A stretch of 59,005 nt of DNA, counting the filler, from Sphacelaria rigidula (Eukaryota): NCBI GenBank assembly GCA_964200075.2. It is 8 parts of 8 records of this genome, joined end to end, with 100 filler letters (N's around TTAATTAATTAA, not from the genome) between each part and the next. Parts side by side here need not be neighbours in the genome. Positions count along the whole stretch, not along the records: positions 29,554 to 36,841 come from CAXNAA020015619.1; positions 36,942 to 44,229 come from CAXNAA020015620.1; positions 44,330 to 51,617 come from CAXNAA020015621.1; 5 more parts are not named here. One strand, 5' to 3'. Below are positions 36,151-48,408 of this stretch, one piece after another. The translations under genes and the position numbers were made by a program. Position 1 is the stretch's first letter; each line of letters begins with the position of its first letter. The notes under the pieces were generated by a model. The model made no database searches. It was not told the origin of the DNA and saw only the letters and a program-made list of their open reading frames with translations.

Positions 36151-36841
36151 GTGAGTGTGGTTGGGATGTACTGGTGCGCGTCAAGCCCTTGGTTGGCTAG
36201 TAGCCGATTGACTCCGACTTATCATGTGTTTATTTACATCTTGATTACTCTCTTCGTGGCGTCGGGGTTGTGAAGTGATGCAGTATTTTCTATCTTTTCG
36301 TATCATGGCTTGATACGGAAGCGCGCTCAAGCTTTCCGTGTCCACGTTGCTCGCTGACGATGCTGGGAATAGGCAAGAAGCGGAAGCGGTTGGAGGCAGC
36401 CTCGATGAGAGAATGGTGTAGCGAGTGTGTCTTTGTCAACGAACCCCGCTCGAAGAAACCTGCGCCCTGGAGGACCATATTTTCGAGCTCGCATCATTAC
36501 GTACCTCCTTAGGCCATAGGTCGTAGCACGTGACAAATGGTTGAAAAAGGCGTGTTGCACTCCTTTTGAAGTATCTTCCTTCGCGGCAGCACATCGTGGT
36601 ATCTTAAAAGGGTACAGCTATTGGATAGTAACATCCTCGGCAGTCTTCTTACAGTAGACAGAAGACAACATTCGATTCAGAGTGGAATTTGAGGACCGAT
36701 GAAATATCAGTTGCACTTTTTTCCCTCGTGGCATCACCCTTCTGCTTTCGCCCCCCCCCTGAAACACACAACTCCGCTCAACTCCGCACAATGGGGATGG
36801 TCGTTCCACGTAGTGTTTAAATGGTGAGGCACCCATGAGGC

Positions 36842-36941
36842 NNNNNNNNNNNNNNNNNNNNNNNNNNNNNNNNNNNNNNNNNNNNTTAATTAATTAANNN
36901 NNNNNNNNNNNNNNNNNNNNNNNNNNNNNNNNNNNNNNNNN
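36842..36941. other. Artificial 100-nt spacer
   Basis: N44-TTAATTAATTAA-N44. Confidence 0.98.
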
Positions 36942-37537
36942 AGTTACCGGTAACTTGTACGACTGGTTGACTGATCTGTTTTGTAACCAGTTGAACCAGT
37001 TATTTCACCCGACATATGTGTCGTACCCCAAAGTATTCTGTGTACATATATGTCATACTCGAGTCAATATTTCTCAGGTATTGTCGTACTACAATGACCG
37101 TGGGGACGCTGTTGCAGACGCGAGTACATGACCGCACAGCGCACACACCTAGACGTAGACACGAATATCGCAGACAATATAACATAATACTCCGGTGTAG
37201 AAAAAAACAGGGATTGGGCACGGACAGCTGTTGATTGAGCGGAATTGAAATGTGAGTGAAGCAAGACTGCGTTTCGTAGCGTTGTTGTGTGTGCTTTGCT
37301 TCTATCCTGTCGGCATCAAGCGTTATACGCGTTCAGTAATGGCTGGTCAAAGTGATACCGAAGCATGAGGAAGAGTCGAGATTTCTGTCAGATTTTTCTG
37401 GCGGACGAAGTCACACTCAATGGCGCTTGGGCGGTACACGCGGAGCGCTATGTATGCTGCACTACCGTATCACCGCTTCGAGTTTTGAATTCACGTCGCA
37501 AAGTTCAGTGATACTTTCTTTTCCCCCATACATACAG

Positions 37538-37610
37538 ATTTTTGCGCACCGATTACGTGCTCGAAGTGCTGGCGCTAGGCGGCTAGAATTTACCGCGATC
37601 TTGAGGAGAT
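37538..37610 (+). CDS. Candidate short exon
   Basis: Polypyrimidine tract then tacag| and a |gtgacg donor. Phase-compatible with 38305. Confidence 0.3.
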
Positions 37611-37667
37611 GTGACGCCAAATACCGTAATTTTCTTGCCTGCGGCGGGGCCCCCTCACCAGCCGGCG

Positions 37668-37722
37668 TGGGGTGGGGGGGCGTACTCATTTGTTGCTTGC
37701 CTTAGTCGTGTGACCATTCACC
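37668..37722 (-). repeat. Poly-C-terminated repeat family copy, cut by a native 10-N gap (37723-37732)
   Basis: G-run followed by CGTACTCATTTGTTGCTTGCCTTAGTCGTGTGACCATT. Confidence 0.7.
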
Positions 37723-38304
37723 NNNNNNNNNNTTTTGTGGGGCTGGGTGTGTTTCACCTCGGCCGCGGCGTCTCCTTAGAGCCGGGAACACCGTAGCGGG
37801 GCGGGGGGGAGGGGGGGGGGGCGTTTACGCGACTTCGCCGCGTTGCCTTGCCAGGCAACGCTGCCCGAGTCGCGGGGCGGCTTCGCCGTTTGTTATCCAG
37901 TTTGAACCGATAACTGTAACTGGTTGTACTTTTTTGCAACCAGCTAACTGGTTGGCCGAAATATTTCACAGCTCTACAGACACGGCTTACACACTGCCCC
38001 ATGGGAGGCTCACAATGTACACGCCACGTATTAATGTTACCATCATCCCCTTTGCTCTGAATTGATGTTCTCCCACCCCGCACAATATGATTTAGCTCGA
38101 CCACCGTCATGGTGACCGCAGAGAGAAGCGCAAGCGCGCAAAAATAAACGGTAATCTGGTTGCCTAGCTTACGCAGTTAGTGGCGTGTTTCACAGCGCCA
38201 TTATCAACATACCCAAAAATTCGATAGATAGACGGGGAAGGGGGGGAGGGATGCTGTATTGACGGAGAAGAGTCCAGAACGACTTCCGCCTGCTTTTGTT
38301 TCAG

Positions 38305-38446
38305 GTTCGATTTCAGTACATGCTGCCGCGTCCCGTTGGTGTAACTACTACACCAACAGCGTGGTTAGGCGGGGAGCTGGAGACCCGAATCCCTATATAA
38401 CAGATACTATCGTCTTGAGTAGACTCTGGTTTCCGTCGTCTGGCGC
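38305..38446 (+). CDS. Candidate exon
   Basis: cttttgtttcag| acceptor and GC|gtgagc donor. Open frame SISVHAAASRWCNYY...VLSRLWFPSSG. Confidence 0.4.
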
Positions 38447-39744
38447 GTGAGCATGCGGGTATCGAAGAAACTTCAACGGGAGGCCGACGCGGTGTAAGGC
38501 CCATTATTATCGACACTTTTCTTCGGGGGGTTTCCGAAAAAAATTAGACATCAGTGACTCACGAAAACGTGTGAGCGCCACGCCGTACACACGAGGCAGC
38601 TCTTCGAAGTGCTGGGTCGCAGTTCTACACAGTCAGGGTCGTCCAAAAATGCAGGTTCGGAGAAAGAGGCATCCCCCTCCATTGTTCAAGAGGCCAGAAG
38701 GCAAAAATCGGAGTCCTCCGAAAAAACGTTGTCGATGGCAATGGGCCTGAGAGTGGGCATTATTCAATCCTCGATAAAAAATGTCAGACAAGTAGCGTGT
38801 GAGAGATGGGCTGGTCCCCCGACACTACCGGACTTATCCCGACAAACAGGAGGGGTCGAAGCCACGGGTGAGAAAAACACAAGCATGCGCAAAATCTCCC
38901 CTTTTAGACAAAGACAGGCAGAGCCCCGCCGTACCTTTCTGCCATCCACGAAATCATCAAGGTAGGGCGAAGAAGTGCTAGCGGTGACTTCCAGATTTCC
39001 TCGAACATCGAAGATGTGCCCTCCTGGCGTCTGCTATTTGCAAGAGCGCGGGGGGGAGGGGGGGGGGCAGCACAATAGGGAGTTGAGCTCATTGGGGATG
39101 TATCGCACCTGCCTGTAGCTCTTGAGTACCCACGGCACATCCCCTTTGCCACCGCAACATTGCACCTGGTGTGACTACAGCTGACCCAAGCTAAACAATA
39201 CTTCGAATATACAGCTTAGAATGAAGACGAGACGAACCCGTGTCTGACAGATTTCACCGCCACCGCAGGCAAGAACGAGCGTGCTACAGAACCGCGGAGG
39301 CCAGGACGGAGAACCCTACGGGTTGTAAAACATAATGCACAAGCTGGGTCTTGCCTAGGACGCCCGTGCTTGAACACACGTCACGGAGGGTTGAGTTCAT
39401 GACTGGAAGAACTAGAAGAGTGAAGGACCAAGCGACGTCGAGTAAGGCGGTGGTGCAGTCAGCAAAGGTGGGTCACTGATCACGCGTCTACAAGTGCGAA
39501 GTTGGAGGTGCGAGGACGTTATCATGTTCATAAGTTAGCTTGCAAACCTCAAGTTGTGCAAAAAGCAAAGCAGAGTGTACAACGCACTCCGGGGTGCTTG
39601 CACGATTTCTTGTGCGACTTTTAGCTTGTGCTCCATAGTGTTTCAACGACCTTTCCCGGGAACGTTTCTTGTCTCAGATGGTGGGGCTAGCCTGTGGGGA
39701 GAAAGACAATTGTTGTTCCACATGGATGGGGACACACTTTCTCT

Positions 39745-39890
39745 CCTTGATGACACGTTCAACTCCTCCCCTCCCTTGGGACGAGTCCGTGGTCTCGAGG
39801 GACTAACCCATCTCTCCCCCTTCACAAGCCTTACATTAGAGTATCGCGGATTGAATCAGCACTCCCGCACCCCTTCGACTCTCGTCAACT
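39745..39890 (-). mobile_element. SINE family B, 3' part
   Basis: Matches 57640-57770. Confidence 0.6.
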
Positions 39891-39931
39891 ACATCGTCTT
39901 TGCTATTGAGGGTCATAATCAACCAGACTTC

Positions 39932-40308
39932 CAAGGGTAGGTCGGGTAAGGTATGTACTTTCGAATACTCGGGGTGAAATATCTACTCTACGCAAATATT
40001 GGGTAGATTGGGTACGGCCTCAAAGACTCTACCCAAATTTGGGGTAGATTGGGTACGGCCTCAAATGCTCTACCCGAATATTGGGTAAGCATTTTCAGTA
40101 GTACCTGGGTAAAGAGTATCACTTGGGTATGACCTCAATACTCTACCCATATTTCGGTTATGTTGGGTACGATCTAAAATGCTCGACCCATATTTTGGGT
40201 AGACTGGGTACGACTTCAATACTCTACCCAAATGCTTGGGTGCTAAGAGTATGGCTTTTCAAAAATACCTATCATGGTGTTGGGTACACCCTACCCGTCC
40301 TACTCGTG
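39932..40308. mobile_element. Non-autonomous hAT-like element, GGGTA variant of the GAGTA family
   Basis: TIR CAAGGGTAGGTCGGGTA / TACCCGTCCTACTCGTG. Units CTACCCAAATTTGGGGTAG. No TSD retained. Confidence 0.7.
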
Positions 40309-40362
40309 TACTTGGAAACCTTTTTCCCGTACTTCTTTGACTTCACCGGAAAAAAATCCGAC

Positions 40363-40731
40363 TGTGTGTGTGTTGTGTGTTGTCATCCCATCCATTCTGG
40401 ACGCCGGTCTACACCTTCCGGTATACGTGGGCGCACCAGCACCAGCCGGGCCTCACACAGGAGAAAGGTCAACACAGGGAGTTTTTTTTTTCGTTTGTTT
40501 TAATTCTTCACCTTCCTTCTGCGGTGCTTGCCTTTACTTTTTATCGCGCGAGGGGTTCAGCAGTCCACTTCCCTCGTCGACCATCAAGTCGATTTTGTGT
40601 ACACACGATATAGTCGCTCTTCACTGGTGGGTATTGTATGAGAAAAAATCCCAGATCGCTCAAACATTCGAACCCACAACCCAACCGTCAGAAGGCTTCG
40701 AGGTTATCAACTGAGCCACCGGGGCGACCGG
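40363..40731 (-). mobile_element. tRNA-derived SINE family A, full length
   Basis: Minus-strand head CCGGTCGCCCCGGTGGCTCAGTTGATAACC...CCTTCTGACGG...GGGTTCGAATG (A and B boxes, TCT-like loop) and a (CA)n tail. Confidence 0.8.
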
Positions 40732-41276
40732 AGTTGCGCTTGTAGAAAAAAAATGCGAATGAAAGTCCCAGCACTAGATTTTCCGAGCAGTGTGTAGTCA
40801 GTCTCAAATTGTTCTATCCCTCCACCTGGTTCGTGTAGTCTGCTGTCACGTTTTTTGGGGAGGGTTTTTTTCCCGAAAAAGTCGGAAAAGTCTGAATAAA
40901 ACGCCAGCTGAAAAGCGGCCAAACGTTGTCCACACTACAGCTTTCCCAGTTTCTCGAATGAACCCGATGTAAGCATATCACTGTGAACTGCAAACCCACC
41001 TGGTGATAGAGGACCGCGTCGCTGTTCGATTGGCGTCGTACTGCCGATGACGTTATTGTACTGCATAGAGTACGGGATGCGTCTGATATCGTGGAGCGAT
41101 AGCGTGTCGAAGTGTGTATGTGTGTGTGGATTTTTTTTCATACGGTGGGTTTACGTCAGCAATCGCCCCGCATTGAGGATATCCGAAGGTCGACACTCTC
41201 TGGCAAGCAGAGACGGTACACGTAGGACAGGGAGATGGCATCAACCGTGAGCAATACCCCGCCCTCCCCCCCGCTA

Positions 41277-41434
41277 ATAATGTATGGAAGAAACGTAAAG
41301 AGCGCCGGAAAGTTGAAGGTGGCTCCATTAAGAGTAGGAACGGTGCTCCGTCTCGAAAGGGATGCGTGGTCAATTGTCAAACGACTGACATAAGCAAGAA
41401 ATGAGTACGCCTCCCTCCCCCGCTCCACTCCCCC
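41277..41434 (+). repeat. Poly-C-terminated repeat family copy (long subtype)
   Basis: TAATGTATGGAAG...AAAGGGATGCGTGGTCAATTGTC...AATGAGTACG followed by C-rich sequence. Homologous to 55143-55290. Confidence 0.75.
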
Positions 41435-41529
41435 TCGGGCGGCCCAAAGTGGTGAAAATGGAGTGGGGGTCCCGGATTTGTATTTGTGCGCCCCGAGATT
41501 ATGCAAAAAACAAAACTGCCATGACGGGA

Positions 41530-41605
41530 AAAAAAGGGTCGTGTCGGGATTCGAACTCGTGACCTCCGTGATTGAACTCTGCTCCATCACTTTGACCAAT
41601 GGCAT
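41530..41605 (-). ncRNA. tRNA-like Pol III head with an oligo-T run
   Basis: The minus strand reads GGTCACGAGTTCGAATCCCGACACGACCCTTTTTTT and shares its core with 27901-27982. Confidence 0.35.
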
Positions 41606-41759
41606 GCAGCAGCAGCGTCACGCAAGACGTTGCACGCACGGTCCAATTAGATGGCTCTTGAGCTGAAATTTTCGAAGACCTTCTGGACCCAAGGAAATGA
41701 TACACTGCGGGAGCAGCTGCAGATTCTCGTTCCTCTCCTGGACTCATGATATTATCTTG

Positions 41760-43949
41760 CAAGGTTGTGTTCTGTACGGTACGGTTTTCTGTATACCCAG
41801 GGTATTTTGCCGGGTATTTACCGTACCCGACAGTTCTGTGACTTCTGTAAGACTTTCATACCGGTACCCGACAGTTCTGTAATACCTGTAAGACTGTCAT
41901 ACCCTCACCCGATAGTTCTGTAATTTCTGTAGGCCTCCCGTACCGTTACCGGGGGGCACGGGTATGCTTGATTGCGGGTACGGTTCTCTGTGCAACCTCC
42001 ATACCTTACCCGACAGTTTCTGTGAGTTCTGCAAGCCTTCCATACCCTTACCCGACAGTTCTGTGAGTTCTGCACAGAATGTTTACCCGTACCCGGAACG
42101 CGGGTATGCTCTTGAAGTATACCCGATTGCCGGTACCGGTTTTCTGTAAGCCTCCTATACCGTACCCGACAAGTTTTGTACTTTCTCTAAGACTTTCATA
42201 CCGGTACCCGACAGTTCTGTGAGCTCTGTAAGCCTCCCATAGCCCTACCCGGAGTTAGGGTATACCGTTATAGATATACCCGATTGCAGGTATGAGCACA
42301 GGTATATACCTTGGGCAAGCACGGATATGGGTTCAATCCAAACACAACCTCATGACCTGAACATGTACTATTGTACCTCCCATCGATCGACCCATCCAAC
42401 TCCTTCATTCAAAACCGCACACCAACAATAATTCAATGCTAAAAAGTTCTATCGTTTGGGATCTGGCGGGATACGAGGGACCACTGAACAGTGTAAAATA
42501 GATATGTAGGATGACCGATATCTGTAGGATGAGATTCTGGAAATTACGACTCGCGATATCTTCCGCAAAACAAAACGAAGTACCCCAATTTTCTCAGGTA
42601 CGTTTGTGGTACCAACTACGAGCGCGTCACAAAAATTGAAGGATTTTTACGATATATTGAGGGACCTACAGCAAGAAACAATTTTTGGACATTTCCACCC
42701 ACACGCGTTTGCACGGAAATGTCGAAAACATGGTTTTGGCTCTAGAACCCTGTGAATCGAATACATGTCGTTAATTTTTTGTGACGTGCTCGTAGTTGGT
42801 GCCACAAACGTACCGAAGAAAAATTGGTGGGTTTCGTCTTGTTTCTCGGGAGATATGGCGATTCATAATTTTCGGAATCTCATCCTACAGATATCGTTCA
42901 TCCTACACTTCTATTTCACACTGTTACTGAGTGGGAACACGAAACATGAGCAGCACTGCAGACCGTCAGAATGGATCACCCTCAGACTCGAGTGGTGGCT
43001 CGAGCGGGGACGGTTCATCTGCGCCGCCAGGGGATCAAGTAGCAAGACCCACGTCATCGACGTTGATGGTGGTTGAGTCGTGGTCATCAAACCCCAGGCC
43101 TTTATCGTTATCTTGTACAGCGCAGAGTATGAGCTACCACCGGAAGTCGTCAAGAAGGCCGCCGACAATTTTGTCGCATGCCGAAGGGCTTCCGGAAAAC
43201 GGGCAGCCGTGAAGGCTCCTTCATGTACTCTCTGGGAGTGTACGTGAAGCCGACAGATGTTGACGACCCCGTGCACATGCACTACCGCGATTGTTCGTGT
43301 AGTCTTTCTCTATCAACCCCATGAAGCCGTTCAGAGTCCTCGTGAACTGCCACCAGTATTTTGCCACTGTTGTAGTGACGTAGGTCCCACCACAGGGGTA
43401 ATGATATCACCAAGGTCGTGTTTTGTAGGGTACGGTTTTCTGTATACCCGGGGTGTTTTGTCGGGTGTTTACCGTACCTGACAGTTGTGTAAACTCTGTA
43501 AGATGTTCATACCGGTACCCCACAGTTCTGTAATACCTGTAAGACCTTCATACCCGTACCCGATAGTTCTGTGAGTGCTGTAGGCTTCCCGTACCATTAC
43601 CGGGGGGCACGGGTATGCTCTTGATAAGATACCCGGTTGCGGGTACGGTTTTCTGAGCAACCTCCATACCCTACCCGACAGTTTCTGTGAGTTCTGCAAG
43701 CCTTCCATACCCTTACCAGACAGTTCTGTGAGTTCTGTACAGGATGTTTACCCTAACCCGAGGGGGTTGGTATGCCCTAGCAAACTTACCCGATTGCCGG
43801 TACAGGTTTTCGGTAAGCCTCCCATACCGTACCCGACAGATCCTGTAATTTCTGCAAGACTTTCATACCGGTACCCGAAAGTTCTGCAAGTTCTGTAAGG
43901 AACCTCATACCCTACAGAATGTATCGGTACCTTACAGAACACAACCTTG
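41760..43949. mobile_element. Composite non-autonomous hAT element (two direct-orientation modules flanking cargo)
   Basis: 17-bp perfect TIR CAAGGTTGTGTTCTGTA / TACAGAACACAACCTTG. Perfect 8-bp TSD TTATCTTG (41752-59, 43950-57). A second left end CAAGGTCGTGTTTTGTA sits internally at 43411. Confidence 0.88.
42487..42925. mobile_element. Nested foldback MITE with CAGTG...CACTG ends (Tc1/mariner-like termini)
   Basis: The element is an imperfect palindrome over most of its length, e.g. GATATCTGTAGGATGAGATTC vs GAATCTCATCCTACAGATATC. Confidence 0.8.
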
Positions 43950-44229
43950 TTATCTTGTTTATGCTGAAATTTCAGATCCGCCCCATAACTTCCTCTTCTT
44001 CTTTTTTTCCATGATGCTCTCGAGATGTTCTGCATGACGATCACAATAAGCTAGAAAACTACCCACTGTTGGCTGGCCCAGCTCGTAGCGACCTCAACAC
44101 GCCCTCACGTCTCCAATAACGGAAATCAAAGGTTCGCCAGGAAAAAGAACTAACAGCATTTAACAACAAATTGTGCGAATTGAGGTTTAACTCCGAGATG
44201 AGGCTCAAGCCTAAAACAGTGCTTTCCCC

Positions 44230-44329
44230 NNNNNNNNNNNNNNNNNNNNNNNNNNNNNNNNNNNNNNNNNNNNTTAATTAATTAANNNNNNNNNNNNNNN
44301 NNNNNNNNNNNNNNNNNNNNNNNNNNNNN
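44230..44329. other. Artificial 100-nt spacer
   Basis: N44-TTAATTAATTAA-N44. Confidence 0.98.
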
Positions 44330-45210
44330 ATATTTGGTGGTATGCTCCTTGCACTCTGTGACCACGGGTTCGAGAGATCGAGCAAATGTGATGGATATAA
44401 TAATAATTAGCCCAGACTTTCGAGCAGATGAGCACCTTCCCCTTAATTAGACGATCCATACGATATGCGGATCATGGCCCGACTCGTTTGTGTCCATGAG
44501 ATATTACCTTTGAGAGCTTAAATCCATTTCTAGGCTGGCCCAGCTCGTGGTCTGCTGTTGTAACCGTGCGGACTGCCATATTGTTTTCACCGTTAGGACG
44601 AATCATCACGACAACGAATCACCAAATCCACGATTTCTTCGGTCTGATTTCCCAAAAGGGAGAAAAAAGTTGATCGCTGGTCCAAGGGGTATCCACGCAA
44701 CTTTTGCGCCATTCCACGTGCCTGGGCTGCGTGTACCTGGGTTGTAACGCTGAAAAAAAAGCCTGGGGATTGATTCGTAGGATTCGAATCAATTATACTA
44801 AAACCAGGTATTTTCCACACGAATCATGATTTGTCCGACCCTTGATTGTTTTGAAGATCAACCAGGTTTTTCGCCCTCTTTGGATCTTTGCTGGTGCCGG
44901 GATCGTCGGCGGCATTATCCAGTCGCTGTCGAACTAAACAAGAGGGACTTGAAAACTCAGAGCAAAGTTTGAACATGCTTACTTTCGGTCAGTTGTGTGC
45001 TCAGATGCACTCATCACTGCACGAGCTATAGACGACATCTACCGTGAAAGACGGCGCGGTAGCCTACAGTCGTAGCAGCACAGCAGGCAAGCAGATCACC
45101 ACCCGTACTGGATTTTTTTCTGCTCTTCACTTCGACAGCGAGAGCAATGCTACAGTACGGATGCACAAATATTTTCTGCGGTTAGAACTGTGAGGCCAAC
45201 TCCAAGGCCA

Positions 45211-45670
45211 ACTCTTATGGGAACCGTTTAAAATTTTATTTTTCAAGAATTTCAAACGCGTTTTTTTTCCGCCACGATTCTGAACCGGGGTCAAAATGGA
45301 CACTATTATGGCCTAAAATTGGGAGTTGTACATGGATATTTAAATTCAAGTTGGCGTGACCTCGGAGGTGTGCATCTCTACAACAGCACCCCAAGAAGAT
45401 ATATATCAGAAGGCGGCATTTTGACGGAACAAGGAAGGTGATAATCATTTCGTGATACAGGTAAATAGTGATGATGAGGCGACGGTTCACAAATTAATTT
45501 TCACGAGAAATCACACGCCGTTCTAATGTAGGGGGAAAGACGAGTGATATCATGACGAACACAACACACGAATAGACCAGCGACCTCAGGCAGGGCGGCA
45601 ATCACGCGCAAGGGTATATGGGCATTGTCGTAGGTCGAAATGCAGACGGCCTCCCGCTCGAGAAGGACAA

Positions 45671-45712
<42 letters not shown>

Positions 45713-46172
45713 TTACTACCAGTGAATATATACGGCTGTGGGTGGGTTTGAATCAGCGGGTGCCGATACTGCTGCTGTTGCTGTTGCTGGTCTTCCTCGG
45801 GCGAGAAACGGTCCGCGTTTTGATGGTGCGACACCGCCCACGCACCTTGCCCGTGATGGCCGCCGTGCTGGAAAGCGCTAGTCCGTACTACGCGCCGATG
45901 GGTCCATGCTTCCTCACTCGGCTGAGTTTTGGGATAAATAGCAGTGCGAATCTCTCTGTGGTAGCTGTGCACGTCGAGTGTGTCTCACACGCGTTATTAT
46001 CGCTGTTGATGTTAATAAAGCCAGCGTCCACTACAGCAAAAACAAGTGATCCGTGCTGAAAATGCAGTCGGGGTGACAACGACAATTGATTCGAAGTAGA
46101 GAGGCAGTAACGCACACTGTCACGGGTCGAAACACCTACCGCGTCTACCACACGAAAAGGAGAACAAGCATG

Positions 46173-46205
<33 letters not shown>

Positions 46206-46663
46206 TTTACTGCCAGTAGATGTGTACGGCTGGGGGTGGGTCTCGATCAACCGGTGACAATACTGCTGTTGCTGCTGCTGTTGCTGCTCTTCCTCGTGCG
46301 AGAGACGGTCCGCGTTTCGATCATGCGACAACGCTCACTAACCTTGCGCGTGATAGCCACCGTGCTGGAAAGCGCTAGTCCGTGCTACCCGCCGATGGGC
46401 CCTCTCATCTTGTGTCGACTTTTGAACGCGCTGCTGTACAACAAAATGTCTTCTTTTACTTCTTGTGCCAACTTTCGAACAGGTGCTCAAGCGTTGAGAA
46501 TCGGCCCCCGATTCTGAACGCTTGGCCAAAATTTTGCACTTTTTTGGGTCCGTTCAAAATTTTGGAGGTCAAAATCTTGACGATTTTCTTCCATAATGGT
46601 CGGTTTCGTGACCACCTGTTCAAAATTTTCGGAAAAAGAATCTGAACGGCTCCCGTAAGAGTC
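45211..46663. mobile_element. Non-autonomous TIR element carrying a duplicated (AGC)n-containing block
   Basis: ACTCTTATGGGAACCGTTT (45211) vs GAACGGCTCCCGTAAGAGT (to 46662). Internal direct repeats ~45670-45905 and ~46173-46402 contain (AGC)13 and (AGC)10. Confidence 0.6.
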
Positions 46664-47130
46664 GGTCTAGTGGGAGCCGTTCAAAATTTCAGTCGAAAAC
46701 TGGCTTTTGGGCCCTCCTCCGTCGATTTAAGCTTGAAAAGAGGGCTAGGCGGATGTTGACGCCTTCGAATGACGACTTGCTCTACTTGTTGAGACCGTTC
46801 TAGGGCAACTCTGCATTTCCCGCTGGCCGTACTTTTGTTCTTGACCAAATCAGGCCAAACACGAATTTTCAGTAAAAAACGGTCAAGTGATCAAAATTCC
46901 CCTCTGTTTTTTTATCGCTTGACCGTTTTTCGTTGAAAATCCGTGTTCGGCCAAAAATGAAAGTGCGGCCAGCGGGGAATGCAAGGTTGCCCTGGCATGG
47001 CCTCAATGAGTAGTGCAATTCATTCCAAGGCGTCAATACTCGCCTAGCCCTCTTTTAAGGCGTAAAACGACGGAGAAGGGCCAAAGAAGGCAGCTTTAGA
47101 CTGGAATTTAGAACGGCTCCCATTAGAGTC
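46664..47130. mobile_element. ~470-bp foldback element sharing the same terminal motif, abutting the previous element
   Basis: Near-complete palindrome centred near 46900. Ends TGGGAGCCGTTC / GAACGGCTCCCATTAGAGTC. Confidence 0.8.
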
Positions 47131-48143
47131 GGTCCTAGGAGCCCTTTATCTCGTCCAAAATACGACTTACGAGATATATTAGAGTACGCCAGGATTACTG
47201 TTCCAATGTGTTGAGCATATCCTGGATGAAATTGCAAACGGGGATGCCCTGACCCATATTCTTGTGCATTTACAATCGTTAGGAACCCCTGAACCAGAAA
47301 ATATATTGGGCAAAAAGTGCACCCCTACCGTAGCATTGCTCGCAAGTTAAATCATCTTGGTAGGTCCGCCAACGGCGATCGCACGCGACCCATGACAACA
47401 GCAGCTCAACCACCGCTGCTGACGCACACACCGTATGAAAAGATGGACACCACCAACCCACCGCGCGTTTTACTTTCCGACATGGCGGAGCACATCACTA
47501 CTGGCAACGTTTTTTATGATTCTCTCGAACGCTTGCGAGCGCTACGGCGGACACAAGACAACTCTCCGAAGTGCTACGTTGCAGCCCGACATATTTGTAC
47601 TTTTCAAAGAATGAAACTTCGGAGAAAATATCAAGCCGCTGCATTTCCGGAGCAGTCTGAATTGTCCGAACACTTTGGAGACCTTCGAAAAAATCAGTGT
47701 CGAAAATAATGATTTTATCGTCGAAACAGCCAAACCAAACTTTCCATCAAAATCGGAAACGGAGGTAGGGCCAATGTATGTACGCGTGATTGACGCCGTA
47801 CGACTGACATGTGGGACTTTACGCTTGATTCATACCGCACAATGGCGGGTGCGAAACATGTACGTATGATTCATACTGCATGAACGACCCGTCAGAAATT
47901 TGTACGTACGGTTCATGCCGTATAGGTGGAAGGTGGAAAGCATGTTGTTACGATTTATGGCGCAGGAATCACACGTGGGAAGAGCGAACCTTCGACGGTG
48001 TAATGCATGAATGAAACGCGGGGAGAAGTGCGTTTCACGTAGGTATCGCACGACCCACGAGTCCAATCATGTACGAAGCACGATTTGTGCACGAATCTTA
48101 TCATTGATTCGCACGACAGTTGATAATGGAACAATACGTCCGA

Positions 48144-48408
48144 AAACAGTGGAGAGGCGACAATGTCGTGGGTACCAAAACTTCGACTTTACGGTCGACG
48201 AGGGAAAGAGATTGGTGAACTTTTCTAGCGATAAAAAGAAGGCAAGCACCGCACAAGGAAGGTGGGGTGGGAAATCGAAATAAAAAACAACTGTGCTGAC
48301 CTTCCTCCTGTGTGACTCCGGCTAAGTAAGAGCAAATGCAAATATACTGTTGTACCGAAAGGTGTAGACTAGCGTCTAGAATAGATGGGATGAATGACAA
48401 AACGCACA
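48144..48408 (+). mobile_element. SINE family A, 5'-truncated
   Basis: Reverse complement of the 40375-40630 body. Confidence 0.7.

Noticed and set aside
45586..46517. PolyQ, polyS and polyA ORFs
   Set aside because: They are open in several frames on both strands only because of (AGC)n microsatellites inside a TIR element.
47317..47709. 130-aa ORF or candidate exon 47364-47432
   Set aside because: The frame is ambiguous, there is no recognisable motif, and no compatible neighbouring exon exists in the fragment.
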